This document shows, one piece after another, positions 9,131 to 19,071 of a stretch of DNA of 64,000 bases. How positions within the stretch are numbered: position 1 is the stretch's first letter; every line of letters starts with the position of its first letter. Both the position numbers and the translations under genes were made by a program. The notes beneath the pieces are model-generated. The model worked only from the letters and a program-made list of their open reading frames with translations, was not told the origin of the DNA and searched no databases. The stretch is from Dehalococcoidia bacterium (lineage in GTDB: Bacteria > Chloroflexota > Dehalococcoidia > Lucifugimonadales > UBA3495), in contig JASLXV010000025.1 in the NCBI GenBank assembly GCA_030740155.1, forward strand, positions 32,001 to 96,000, read 5' to 3'.

Positions 9131-10057
9131 CTACCAGTCCCGGCCCTTGATGTATTTGAATGCGGCGGTGGCGGCGGTGGCGCCGTCTCCGGCCGAAGAC
9201 GCCAGCTTGGCTGCCGAGTACTGGCGGATGTCGCCGGCCGCGTATAACCCTGGCACCTCGGTCTCCATGGAGATGTTGACGGGGATGTGGCCGGCCCCGT
9301 CAACCCGGAGCAGGCCCTTGACCAGCTGCGAATTGGGCTCCAACCCCACGTAGACGAAGAGGCCCGTCACCTCCACCAGGTTCTCCAGGTTGGTCACCAC
9401 GTTGCGGACCTTGACCCCGGAAACCACGTCTCCTCCTTGCACTTCCTCGATCTGGGTATTCCAGACCACCTCAATCTTGCGGTTGGCTCTTACCCGGTCC
9501 TGCAAGACCTTCTGCGCCCGCAGCTGGTCTCGCCGGTGGAAGAGCAGCACCCGGTCGACGTATTCGGTGAGAGTCAGGGCCTCGTCGGCCGCCGCGTCGC
9601 CGCCGCCGGCGACGCCGACGACCTGGCCCATGTACATTGGACCATCGCAGGTCGCGCAGTGGGACACCCCGCGGCCGTAGTACTCGTCCTCGCCCGGTAT
9701 TCCCAGTTTGCGCGCGGTGGAGCCGGCGGCGACGATTACCGCCTTAGCCCGGTAGTCGCCCGAATCGGTGGAGACCACCTTGTACTGGCCGTCCATCGAG
9801 ACTCCGGAGGCCTCGCTCATAATCAACTCGGCGCCGGCGTCCATTGCCTGGACCTGAACCGTGGGACCCAACTCGGAACCGGAAATCCCATCTGGGAAAC
9901 CGGGGAAGTTTTCGATCTTCTCGATGTTGATGATCTGCGCACCACCCATCATCTGCTCAATCAACCCTGTGGACAGTCCGTACCGGGCGCCGAACATCGC
10001 CGCGGTCATTCCGGCCAGGCCGCCGCCGATCACCAGAACGTCGTAGTCTTTAGCCAA
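9131..10057 (-). CDS. trxB: Thioredoxin reductase
   Basis: GGGLAG, IENFPGFP, GRGVSHCATCDG, GGGDAA, AAGD. TTG start after AAGGAGGT. Confidence 0.9.
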   Translation of the reverse strand: MAKDYDVLVIGGGLAGMTAAMFGARYGLSTGLIEQMMGGAQIINIEKIENFPGFPDGISGSELGPTVQVQAMDAGAELIMSEASGVSMDGQYKVVSTDSGDYRAKAVIVAAGSTARKLGIPGEDEYYGRGVSHCATCDGPMYMGQVVGVAGGGDAAADEALTLTEYVDRVLLFHRRDQLRAQKVLQDRVRANRKIEVVWNTQIEEVQGGDVVSGVKVRNVVTNLENLVEVTGLFVYVGLEPNSQLVKGLLRVDGAGHIPVNISMETEVPGLYAAGDIRQYSAAKLASSAGDGATAATAAFKYIKGRDW

Positions 10058-10258
10058 GATGGGGACCTCCTTGATACTGCCGATTCTTGCCAATTCTACA
10101 GGGTTACTATATCGGCGGCCAGTTTTGAGTGTCAACCGGGCGTTGGGCGTTGCGCCTACGGTGGCAGGAGCCTAAAATGGTATCCAAATGGCCCGTGCAT
10201 GTCTTTCACCCACTGTGGGCCCTGTGGTGATTCGTAACGCTGTCTGGAAGGTTAGCTG

Positions 10259-12112
10259 ATGCGCCAAGGAGAGCCTGCTCCTGCGGGGGCTTACCAGGTC
10301 TACAGCGAACACAACACCATGGTGGCCATGCGCGACGAGGTACACCTGGCGGCGGACATTCACCGTCCTGCTCTGGACGGCCGGCCTCAGGACGGCCCTT
10401 TCCCCGTCCTGCTCTGCCGCACCCCCTACAACAAGTCGGCTGAGGTCAGGGCCCTGGAGGCCGGCTTCTTCACGGTCCGAGGATACGTTACCGTGCTCCA
10501 GGACTGCCGGGGAAGGTACGCATCAGGAGGGGGCTTCACCAAGTACGTGGACGAAGCCCGCGATGGCTTCGACACGCTGGATTGGCTGGCCCGGCAACCC
10601 TGGTGCAACGGCAAGATCGGCACCTACGGCCTTTCCTACAGCGCTCACACTCAGGCGGCGCTGGCCTGCCTGAATCCGCCGAACTTGACCTGCATGTGGC
10701 TGGAGTCAGGCGGGTTCTCGAACGCGTTCCTCAGCGGTTGCCGTTATGGCGGCGCCTTCGAGTTGAGACAGGTCACCTGGGCGTTCCGGGAAGCCAAGGA
10801 AAGCCAGGGGGTCCACGCCCACCCGCTGGTGGCCAAGGCCGCGATTGAAAACCAGAACATCCACGATTGGTTCCGGCGACTGCCCTGGAAAAAGGGCCAT
10901 TCCCCCTTGCGCTGGACGCCGGATTACGAGAACTACCTGATGGAAATCTGGAGCCGGGAGACCTTCGACGACTTCTGGCGGCAGACCGGCCTCTGCGCCG
11001 AAACGCATTACGCCGAGTTCGCCGGCGTGCCCCAAGTGCACATGGGAAGCTGGTACGACCCCTACGCCCGCAGTACCACTGACAACTACCTGGCCCTTTC
11101 TCGGGAAAAGCCGGGCCCGGTGAGCCTGATCATGGGACCCTGGACCCATGGCGCCCGGTCCGTGACCCACGCCGGCGATGCCGACCTGGGTCCGCTGTCA
11201 ATCCTGGACAACAACCTGGGCCGGGACTACAACCACCTGCGCCTCCGCTTCTTCGACCACTGGCTCAAGGGCATCGAAAATGGTTGGGAAGATGAGCCTC
11301 ACGTGAGAATCTTCGTTATGGGCGGCGGGTCCGGGCGGCGCAACTCCCACCGGCGGCTCGACCACGGGGGCAGCTGGCGGGCCGAACGGGAATGGCCCCT
11401 GGCCCGGGCCATAAACACCGCTTTCTACCTTCAGCCGGGTGGGGGTTTGTCCACCGAGTCCGCCCCAGGGTCTCATCCCCCCAGCAGGTACCTCTTTGAC
11501 CCGGATCGGCCCGTGCCCACTATCGGAGGAAACATCTCTTCGGGCACGCCGATCATGGAACCAGGCGGTTTCGACCAGAGGGAGGCGCCCGAGTTTCACG
11601 GCTGCAGTCCTCCGTACCTGCCGCTTGCGGCGCGTTCGGACGTGCTGCCGTTCCAGACCGATCTCCTGCCCGAAGACCTGGAGATTACCGGCCCCATCTC
11701 GGTGCATCTGTGGATCGAGTCTTCAGCGGTGGACACCGACTTTACCGCCAAGCTGGTGGACGTTTACCCTCCGTCCTCCGACTACCCCGAGGGCTACGCT
11801 CTGAACCTGTGCGACGGCATCCTGCGGACCAAGTTCCGGAACTCCTGGGAGAACCCCGATCTGATGGAGCCCGGAACGGTTTACCCGGTCACGGTACAGC
11901 TACTGCCCGTCAGCAACCTTTTTGTCCGGGGGCACCGCATCCGGGTGGACATTTCCTCCAGCAACTTTCCCCGCTTCGACGTCAACGGAAACACCGGGGA
12001 GAACCCGGCCACCTCTCCGGTCAGAATCCCTGCCCTGAACAGCGTGTACCACGATGCCGAACACCCCTCCCACGCTCTCTTGCCGGTGGTTCCGGCGGGC
12101 GGATCGCGGTAG
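10259..12112 (+). CDS. CocE/NonD family serine hydrolase (peptidase S15)
   Basis: RTPYNK, QDCRGRYASGG, GLSY nucleophile, GSWYD, MGPWTHG, DISSSNFPRFD. Confidence 0.92.
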   Translation: MRQGEPAPAGAYQVYSEHNTMVAMRDEVHLAADIHRPALDGRPQDGPFPVLLCRTPYNKSAEVRALEAGFFTVRGYVTVLQDCRGRYASGGGFTKYVDEARDGFDTLDWLARQPWCNGKIGTYGLSYSAHTQAALACLNPPNLTCMWLESGGFSNAFLSGCRYGGAFELRQVTWAFREAKESQGVHAHPLVAKAAIENQNIHDWFRRLPWKKGHSPLRWTPDYENYLMEIWSRETFDDFWRQTGLCAETHYAEFAGVPQVHMGSWYDPYARSTTDNYLALSREKPGPVSLIMGPWTHGARSVTHAGDADLGPLSILDNNLGRDYNHLRLRFFDHWLKGIENGWEDEPHVRIFVMGGGSGRRNSHRRLDHGGSWRAEREWPLARAINTAFYLQPGGGLSTESAPGSHPPSRYLFDPDRPVPTIGGNISSGTPIMEPGGFDQREAPEFHGCSPPYLPLAARSDVLPFQTDLLPEDLEITGPISVHLWIESSAVDTDFTAKLVDVYPPSSDYPEGYALNLCDGILRTKFRNSWENPDLMEPGTVYPVTVQLLPVSNLFVRGHRIRVDISSSNFPRFDVNGNTGENPATSPVRIPALNSVYHDAEHPSHALLPVVPAGGSR

Positions 12113-12133
12113 CGTTTGCCGGCGTTTCGGCCC

Positions 12134-12724
12134 TCATCCACGGCGCAGCATCATCATGTACTGGTCGCCGTTCAGGTCGCGCCATCCTCGTGATCTGAAG
12201 CCCGCTTCGGCAGCCAGAGCTTCCAGGTCCGCCGGGTCTATCCGGCGTTCCAGAGGCGGTCCGTCTCCGGTTTCCTTGCGGTACCACTCCAAGATGGTGC
12301 ACCAACCCCGGGGATGAAGCAGTTCTCGCACGGCGCCCAGCAGCCGGGCCTGGTCCGGGCTGTGGTGGACCATGAAGGCCAGGAAGGCCCCATCCAAGGA
12401 GCCCTTCTCCAGCGGGAATTCAAACTCATCGCACTTTACTACCTCAACGTTGCCCAGTCGGGCCAGGGCTACGGTCTCCTGGCAAGCGGCCACCATTTCC
12501 TCGTCGATATCCAGCGCATAGAGCTTGCCGTTGACCAGGTACTTGGCCAGAGGCACCGTGAAGAAACCGGGCCCACAGCCGATGTCTGCTACCGTGTCGT
12601 GGAGGTTGATTCCGCTGAAGCTCAGAATGGGGAAGGGGTCCAGCCGTTCGCTTCGCTCCGGCGCCATAAGAGCACGGATGAACTCCTGAGTGGTCATGTG
12701 CTTGGACTCAAACTCGGACGACAT
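12134..12724 (-). CDS. Class I SAM-dependent methyltransferase
   Basis: VADIGCGPG motif I. Confidence 0.85.
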   Translation of the reverse strand: MSSEFESKHMTTQEFIRALMAPERSERLDPFPILSFSGINLHDTVADIGCGPGFFTVPLAKYLVNGKLYALDIDEEMVAACQETVALARLGNVEVVKCDEFEFPLEKGSLDGAFLAFMVHHSPDQARLLGAVRELLHPRGWCTILEWYRKETGDGPPLERRIDPADLEALAAEAGFRSRGWRDLNGDQYMMMLRRG

Positions 12725-13053
12725 CGCTTCACCCCTCCTACTGATATTAATTTACATTAGGTGGTGCGGCGGCGCAATCGGCACAAGCCGCGAGGTTACG
12801 ACGGCCTCAGGTCCGGCGATGCTAGACGCCACGGCATGGCGCCCCGATGGGCCTGGAATTTTGGCCGGAGGGCCGTGGCGGTAAAGGCCGCGGCGGGTAC
12901 TGCTGGACTCCCGGTGGATGTGGGTTCCGCCCGGTGAAAGACCTTGGCCACAGGAGGAAATAGGGGTGCCCACCCTACCTCTCAGAGGGTTGGAGCAGTG
13001 ACAATTAGAGAAGACTTGCAAAGGCAAACCGAGAGGAGGCCGGGGGCCTGCAT

Positions 13054-13287
13054 ATGCAGAAGGCTGCAATCCTAATTGTAATCTTTATGGCGGTCGGGGC
13101 CGTAGGTCTGGCCACGATTATCTGGACCTCGTTCAACGGACGAGAAAACGCGACCGTATCGAGGGATATACTGGCAACCAAGACCGCTGAGCTACGGGAC
13201 CCGTCGAGCTTCAGCCAATATCCCGATTCTAGCAGCACCGAGCTGGAGAGCGCTTCGTCGGTTACCCCGACTTCAACGCCGGAGTAG
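13054..13287 (+). CDS. Small membrane-anchored hypothetical protein
   Basis: N-terminal hydrophobic helix, Ser/Thr-rich tail, GGAGG upstream. Confidence 0.45.
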   Translation: MQKAAILIVIFMAVGAVGLATIIWTSFNGRENATVSRDILATKTAELRDPSSFSQYPDSSSTELESASSVTPTSTPE

Positions 13288-13552
13288 CAGAAACGGGGAC
13301 GGGCCAGCTGGGTTTGCCGTGAACAATTAGATCGTGAAACCCGGAAGAGCGGGACGTGGCGCCGGCCCTCACCAATGCTTCCAACCGCACTCGCTCCAGG
13401 ACGTGCGCTGGAGCCTCGAAGCCGAAGATGGACCGCATCAGTCGCTGTGATCCCGTGACGTGGATAAAAGGGCGACGGATACATTTCTGGCGCCGGGCTT
13501 TTCGGAAGCCGGTCCAGGTGAGTACTGGCACGCCTGCCGCCATCTCAATTCG

Positions 13553-13581
13553 TTGACAGCCCGATAGGCCGGGCGTACACT
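13553..13581 (+). promoter_or_regulatory. sigma70 promoter for glyA
   Basis: TTGACA-N17-TACACT. Confidence 0.7.
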
Positions 13582-13689
13582 ACGCACTGACTTGGGCTCA
13601 AGCTCCGCTGCCCACGGTAGGGTTTCTGTTGCCACTTGCAATGCCGCTGGCAAGACAGGAGCGTAGGAGGCCGTTGTCAGGAGATGGGG

Positions 13690-14934
13690 ATGTCCGCCAT
13701 TGCCGAACGAGACCCCGAGGTCGCCCGGGCTATTCAGCAGGAAGATGAACGCCAGCGTAACAGCATCGTGCTGATCGCGGCGGAAAACTACGCCAGCAAG
13801 GCGGTCCTGGAAGCCCAATCCGGGGTGATGAACAACAAATACGCCGAGGGATATCCGGGGAGACGTTACTACGGCGGCTGTCAGTACGTGGACGTGGTGG
13901 AAACCCTGGCGCTCCAACGGGCCAAGGCAATATTTGGACCCGAACACGTCAATGTGCAACCCCACAGCGGCGCTCAGGCTAACATGGCAGCCTACTTCGC
14001 CCTGCTTGAGCCCGGCGACAAAGTGATGGGGATGCAGTTGGACCACGGCGGCCACCTGACCCATGGGGCCTCGGTCAACTTTTCCGGAAAGCTCTACAAC
14101 TTCATTCCCTACGGAGTAGACCGGGACACCGAGACGATAAACTACGATGAGCTGGAGCGGATGGCTCTGGAGCATCGTCCCAAGCTGATCGTCGCCGGGT
14201 GCAGCGCCTATTCTCGAATCCTGGACTTCCCCCGGTTTCGCGCCATTGCCGACCGGGTGGACGCCAAACTGATGGTGGACATGGCCCACATTGCCGGTTT
14301 GGTGGCCGGCGGAGCGCATCCCTCGCCACTGCCGTACGCCCATGTCGTCACTTCCACCACCCAGAAGAGCCTTCGCGGCCCCAGGGGCGGGTTCATCCTC
14401 GCCACCGAGGAATTGGCGCGCAAGGTAAACTTTGCCGTGTTTCCCTACACCCAGGGCGGGCCCTTGATGCATGTTATCGCGGCCAAGGCCATCTGCTTTG
14501 GAGAAGCCTTGGACCCGGCATTCGCCCAGTATGCGTCCCAGGTGGTGGAGAACTCCCGCACCCTGGCCCAAGACCTCTCCGAGGCGGGATTCCGGTTGGT
14601 TTCCGGCGGTACCGACAACCACCTGTCGCTGATTGATCTGACGCCTTTGGGCATCACGGGGCAGGAGGCGGAAACCGCCCTGGAGAAGGTCGGAATAGTC
14701 GTCAACAAGAACGCCATCCCCTACGATGCCAAGCCGCCGAGGGTCGCCAGCGGCCTTCGTCTCGGCACCCCCGCCATCACCAGCAGGGGGTTCGATCAAA
14801 AGGCGGTCCGGAGGGTGGCCCGCATGATAGTCGACGTTCTCACCGCAATGGGGGACGAGAAAGTGCAACGCCGGGTCGCCGAGGAAGTACGCGATCTGGC
14901 TCCGCGATATCCGGTGCCCGGTTTGGACCTATAG
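13690..14934 (+). CDS. glyA: Serine hydroxymethyltransferase
   Basis: [58 protein letters not shown]. Confidence 0.96.
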   Translation: MSAIAERDPEVARAIQQEDERQRNSIVLIAAENYASKAVLEAQSGVMNNKYAEGYPGRRYYGGCQYVDVVETLALQRAKAIFGPEHVNVQPHSGAQANMAAYFALLEPGDKVMGMQLDHGGHLTHGASVNFSGKLYNFIPYGVDRDTETINYDELERMALEHRPKLIVAGCSAYSRILDFPRFRAIADRVDAKLMVDMAHIAGLVAGGAHPSPLPYAHVVTSTTQKSLRGPRGGFILATEELARKVNFAVFPYTQGGPLMHVIAAKAICFGEALDPAFAQYASQVVENSRTLAQDLSEAGFRLVSGGTDNHLSLIDLTPLGITGQEAETALEKVGIVVNKNAIPYDAKPPRVASGLRLGTPAITSRGFDQKAVRRVARMIVDVLTAMGDEKVQRRVAEEVRDLAPRYPVPGLDL

Positions 14935-14963
14935 TTGAGCCGCCCAGGCTCCGATGCTATAAT
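14935..14963 (+). promoter_or_regulatory. sigma70 promoter for rpsF-ssb-rpsR
   Basis: TTGAGC-N17-TATAAT with TG extension. Confidence 0.65.
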
Positions 14964-15007
14964 CTCTGTACTTATGAATTCCTTGTGGGTTCCTTGTGGG
15001 GTTTTTC

Positions 15008-15586
15008 TTGCGTCATTATGAACTTGTAGTCATCCTTAGCCCAATGCTGAATCAGGATCAGGCGTCCGATACTTGGGGACGTATCAAGTCATTTATCAGT
15101 GACCGGAGTGGGGATATTAACCATGAAGAAAAATGGGGCACCCGCCGGTTAGCCTATCCCATTCGCAAAGGGCAGTACCAATTCCTGGAGGGCAGCTACC
15201 ACCTGACCCGTTTCAGCACCGACCAGCCCTTCAACATAGAGTTGGAAAAGTTCCTCCGGCTCGATGATCAGGTGCTGCGCTCATTGGTGGTCGTCGCGCC
15301 ACCTCTGGGCGCCATTCCTCAACCGCCGCCCGTAGCGGTGGCGGCGGTGGCAGAGGCCACCCCGGCTGCTGCCGAAGAGGCCCCAGCCGAGGCGGCGGAG
15401 CCGGTGGCGGAAGTGGCGGTTGTCGAAGAAGAAGCTCCGGCGGAAGCTGTCGCTGAAGAGGCCCCGGCCGAAGTAGAGGAGCCGGTGGCGGAAGCTGCGG
15501 TTGTTGAAGAAGAAGCCCCGGCGGAAGCGGATGCGGCGGCCGAGGAACCGGCTGACGAGACCAAACCGGATGGCAGCCTGGGCTAA
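15008..15586 (+). CDS. rpsF: 30S ribosomal protein S6 with acidic C-terminal extension
   Basis: RHYELVVIL...WGTRRLAYPI...VLRSLVV; synteny with ssb-rpsR; TTG start. Confidence 0.93.
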   Translation: MRHYELVVILSPMLNQDQASDTWGRIKSFISDRSGDINHEEKWGTRRLAYPIRKGQYQFLEGSYHLTRFSTDQPFNIELEKFLRLDDQVLRSLVVVAPPLGAIPQPPPVAVAAVAEATPAAAEEAPAEAAEPVAEVAVVEEEAPAEAVAEEAPAEVEEPVAEAAVVEEEAPAEADAAAEEPADETKPDGSLG

Positions 15587-15595
15587 GGGGGGCGC

Positions 15596-16012
15596 TTGAA
15601 CAAGATAATCGTCATCGGCAACCTAGGCAGAGACCCGGAGATGCGGTACACTCCGTCGGGCCAGGCAGTTACGTCGTTTAGCGTGGCCTCCACGCGGCGC
15701 TATACCACCTCCTCAGGGGAGCGGCGAGACGAAACCGAGTGGTTCAACGTCAGCGCCTGGGGCAAGCTGGCCGAGTTGTGTAATCAATGGCTGACCAAGG
15801 GACGTCAGGTGTACGTGGAGGGGAGACTGCACAGCCGCAGCTTTGAAGGCCGTGACGGGCTGATGCGTTTTGTGAACGAGATCAACCTGACCGATGTACA
15901 GTTCTTGAGCCGCGGGGCGGGCGGTGGCGACGAGGCGTCCGCATACGGGGCAGATAACGATATTGAGGAGGCAAGTCCGGCAGGTGACGCCGTTGACGAC
16001 CTTCCGTTCTAA
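15596..16012 (+). CDS. ssb: Single-stranded DNA-binding protein
   Basis: NKIIVIGNLGRDPEMRYT, KGRQVYVEGRL, C-terminal DDLPF. Confidence 0.96.
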   Translation: MNKIIVIGNLGRDPEMRYTPSGQAVTSFSVASTRRYTTSSGERRDETEWFNVSAWGKLAELCNQWLTKGRQVYVEGRLHSRSFEGRDGLMRFVNEINLTDVQFLSRGAGGGDEASAYGADNDIEEASPAGDAVDDLPF

Positions 16013-16063
16013 CCTAACCTTTCAACTCCAACCTTCAAGTTCCGTCGGAGGATCGCAGCAAGT

Positions 16064-16396
16064 ATGACATCATATGCATCGCGAGGACCAGGTGGTCAAG
16101 GCGGCCGGCCAGGGGGCCGGCCAGGTGGGCGTCCGGGAGGGCGTCCCAGAGGCCGGTACGCTCCTCGCCGGCGGGTCTGCGCTTTTTGTGTCGAACACGT
16201 GAAGCTGATTGATTACAAGAACGTCGATCAAATGCGCCGGTACCTCTCGGACCGGGCCAAGATAGAACCGCGCCGCAAGACCGGCGTGTGCGCCAAGCAC
16301 CAACGGACACTGAGGCTCGCGATTCACAGGGCACGGTACCTAGCATTGGTTCCCTTCGTGGCGTTCCACTCCGGGGCCAGCGGACTCCGCCGCTAA
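16064..16396 (+). CDS. rpsR: 30S ribosomal protein S18 (Cys-containing form, GGRP-repeat N-terminus)
   Basis: RRRVCAFC, IDYKN, KIEPRRKTGVCAKHQR, ARYLALVP. Confidence 0.95.
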   Translation: MTSYASRGPGGQGGRPGGRPGGRPGGRPRGRYAPRRRVCAFCVEHVKLIDYKNVDQMRRYLSDRAKIEPRRKTGVCAKHQRTLRLAIHRARYLALVPFVAFHSGASGLRR

Positions 16397-16505
16397 TACC
16401 TGCACCTCCGGGCCCACTGTGATCATCATATTGTCTGGCATGATCCAGCCACGCCGGTCCCTCGCGGTTGGATCTGCTCGTATCTGAAAACCCTGAGGCT
16501 TGATC

Positions 16506-17633
16506 ATGGCTTTCCCCAGGAACCCCAGTGATGCTGGGCAAATCCCTCCGTCCGAGAGCCGGCGCCGAGCGCGAGGGCGCCGAGCCCGCCAGGAGGAGAA
16601 CCCGCGCGCAAAAGCCCGATCTGGGAAAGAGTACACGCACCAGCGGCTGGCCTGGGCGATTGGGACCGCCCTGATACTGGTACTCGCAGGGATTCTCCTC
16701 GCAGGTTACTACCAGAAGTTCTACCACCCACCACGGGTTTGGGCCGGCGAAGTGCGGGACGTGGAGTTCACCATGGGAGATCTGGTGGACCGCATCCGGG
16801 TTCTTCAGGGCCTGAGTGGCAGCGTGGACCTGAGCGTGGTTCCGTTCGAGTATCTCCAGGAGCTGCTCAACGCCGAGATTCTTCGCCAGGCCGCTCCGGG
16901 CCTGGGCATCACAATCACCGATGAAGATATCGACGGGGCCCTGCGCAGCCGTTTCTACCCCCAAGTGCCCGAAGGGCAAGAGACAGACCCCGGCCAATTG
17001 GACCGGGAGTTTGACAACAACTATGAAATCTACTTGGCCCGTACCGGCCTGTCACGAAAGGTACACCGGGAGACGCTGGAAGAGCAGCTACAGCTAAGGT
17101 TCCTCTATGCTATCTTGGGGTTGGGCATCGAGGATACCCTTGAGCAGGTGGAAGTCGAGTGGATTCGTACGGAACTCACCAGCGAGATAGATGTCTCCGC
17201 GGTCAGGGAAAGGCTGAATTCCGAGAGCTTCGCCGCGGTAGCCGATGAGGTGGGCATGCCCGCTGGCTTCGCCGGCCCAGGTGGGTACGTTGGCTGGATA
17301 CCTATGGGTGCCTTCCCGAGTATGGACGGGATGCTTTTCGGAGATGAAGAGAGCGGCGAAGAGCCCCTGCCCGTGGGGGAAATTGCCAACCCCATATTCC
17401 TATCTGAGGGAGTGCACATTATCCACAAGCTTTCCGGCCCGGAGACGCGGGAGTTGAGCGATGTCATGCGGACAAAGCTCAACAACGAGTTGTTGGTCGA
17501 GTGGAAGAACAACCAACTCAAACGCGGGGCCAGTGAAGGCTGGCTGAAAATGAACTTCGACAGCGACCTTTACGCTTGGGTCGCCGACCAGGTTGCCGTC
17601 AGCGCGCCCCGCAACCAACCGGAAGAGAGGTAA
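16506..17633 (+). CDS. Membrane-anchored SurA/PrsA-like chaperone (degenerate parvulin domain)
   Basis: One N-terminal TM helix, LRQAAPGLGITITDEDID SurA-N-like segment, ESFAAVA...GGYVGW...GEIANPI...GVHIIH parvulin-like segment. Confidence 0.65.
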   Translation: MAFPRNPSDAGQIPPSESRRRARGRRARQEENPRAKARSGKEYTHQRLAWAIGTALILVLAGILLAGYYQKFYHPPRVWAGEVRDVEFTMGDLVDRIRVLQGLSGSVDLSVVPFEYLQELLNAEILRQAAPGLGITITDEDIDGALRSRFYPQVPEGQETDPGQLDREFDNNYEIYLARTGLSRKVHRETLEEQLQLRFLYAILGLGIEDTLEQVEVEWIRTELTSEIDVSAVRERLNSESFAAVADEVGMPAGFAGPGGYVGWIPMGAFPSMDGMLFGDEESGEEPLPVGEIANPIFLSEGVHIIHKLSGPETRELSDVMRTKLNNELLVEWKNNQLKRGASEGWLKMNFDSDLYAWVADQVAVSAPRNQPEER

Positions 17634-17640
17634 CCGGCCG

Positions 17641-18987
17641 GTGGGCGTTCCAGGTGAAGTTAACGTCGGCCTGATGGGCCTGGGTGTGGTCGGGGGCGGG
17701 GTGGCGGCCGCACTGCTGGAGCGGCCGGAGACTTTATGCGGGAAAATCGGCCGTCCCGTGAAGCTGAAGAAGGTCTTGGTGAGAGACCTCGCCAAGCCCC
17801 GGAACTCCAATCTTCCCTCGAGCCTGCTCACCACCGATCCCGAAGAGATTCTCAGCGACCCGGACATCCATGTCTTGGTCGAGGTCATCGGCGGCACCCA
17901 GCCCGCGGCGGACTATCTCGAGGCCGGCCTTTCCGCCGGCAAACACGTCGTCACCGCGAACAAAGAGGTGATGGCCAAGAACGGCCCGGAGCTGCTCTCT
18001 CTGGCGCGCCGGAACCGGGTGAACCTGCTTTTCGAGGCGAGCGTCGGTGGTGGGATACCCATCATCGGCTGCTTGATGAACGAACTGGTGGCCAACGACA
18101 TCCACTCAGTCCGTGGCATCATCAACGGCACCACCAACTACATCCTCACTCGCATGGCCCACCATGGCACCGATTTCAGCCAAGCCCTCAAAGAAGCCCA
18201 GGAACGCGGCTACGCCGAAGCGGACCCGACCAACGATGTCGAAGGCATCGACGCGGTCTACAAGCTGGCGATTCTGGCGTCCCTGGCCTTTCACCACCCG
18301 TTCAACCCCGAGGACGTTTACCGGCAGGGCATATCGAGCCTGGAATCCCAGGATTTCCGCTACGCCCAGGAACTGGGGTACGCCATCAAGTCGCTGGCCA
18401 TCGCGACGTTGGAAGACGGCGTCATCCAGGCGAGGGTTTACCCGGCGCTGGTCCCCGTGGACAACATGCTCGCCAAGGTCGACGGAGTGTACAACGCGGT
18501 GGAAGTGGAAGGCAGCCTCTGCGGAAAAGTCCTTTTCCATGGCATGGGCGCGGGCCGGGAGCCGACGACGAGCGCGGTGGTGGGGGACGTGATCGAGGTT
18601 GCCCGGAGGCTGACCCTGCAGCCGGGTTCGCCCGCTGACGGGTCTCCGGGGACCGGGGAGGAAGCTTCGCTTCGCACGCCGGGCCCCACCGAGGATGGTG
18701 CGGCGCGGACTGTCGAGTCGATAGACGGCTTGATGCTCAAGTATTATCTCAGATTAAAGGTTGCCGACCAGCCCGGAGTGTTGGCCCAAATTGCCCACAT
18801 ACTGGGAGACGGAGAGATCAGCATGGCCTCCGTCATTCAGAAGGATACCAATCTTGCGGAGCAGACGGCTGAGATCGTTATCATCACTCATCCGGCCAGG
18901 GAAGCCTCGGTCCAGGCGTCCCTTCGGTCGATGGCGAACCTGGAAGTCGTTCGAGGGGTGAAAAGCCTTCTCCGGATCGAAGAATAA
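17641..18987 (+). CDS. hom: Homoserine dehydrogenase with ACT domain
   Basis: GLGVVGGG, HVVTANK, FEASVGGGIP, GIINGTTNYIL, GYAEADP, DQPGVLA. Confidence 0.95.
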   Translation: MGVPGEVNVGLMGLGVVGGGVAAALLERPETLCGKIGRPVKLKKVLVRDLAKPRNSNLPSSLLTTDPEEILSDPDIHVLVEVIGGTQPAADYLEAGLSAGKHVVTANKEVMAKNGPELLSLARRNRVNLLFEASVGGGIPIIGCLMNELVANDIHSVRGIINGTTNYILTRMAHHGTDFSQALKEAQERGYAEADPTNDVEGIDAVYKLAILASLAFHHPFNPEDVYRQGISSLESQDFRYAQELGYAIKSLAIATLEDGVIQARVYPALVPVDNMLAKVDGVYNAVEVEGSLCGKVLFHGMGAGREPTTSAVVGDVIEVARRLTLQPGSPADGSPGTGEEASLRTPGPTEDGAARTVESIDGLMLKYYLRLKVADQPGVLAQIAHILGDGEISMASVIQKDTNLAEQTAEIVIITHPAREASVQASLRSMANLEVVRGVKSLLRIEE

Positions 18988-19071
18988 CCAGCACGCCGTT
19001 CCCGATTGGCCGGGTCCATCCGCCCGGAATGGGGAAGAGGCGGCGGTGGGAACCTACCTGACGGGAAGCAT

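Noticed and set aside
13015..13052. AAGGCAAACC resembling the start of a c-di-GMP-I riboswitch
   Set aside because: The GGGACGCAAAGCC segment and second stem are missing.
13582..13689. ZMP/ZTP, glycine or THF riboswitch before glyA
   Set aside because: None of the consensus cores is visible; kept only as an unclassified structure.
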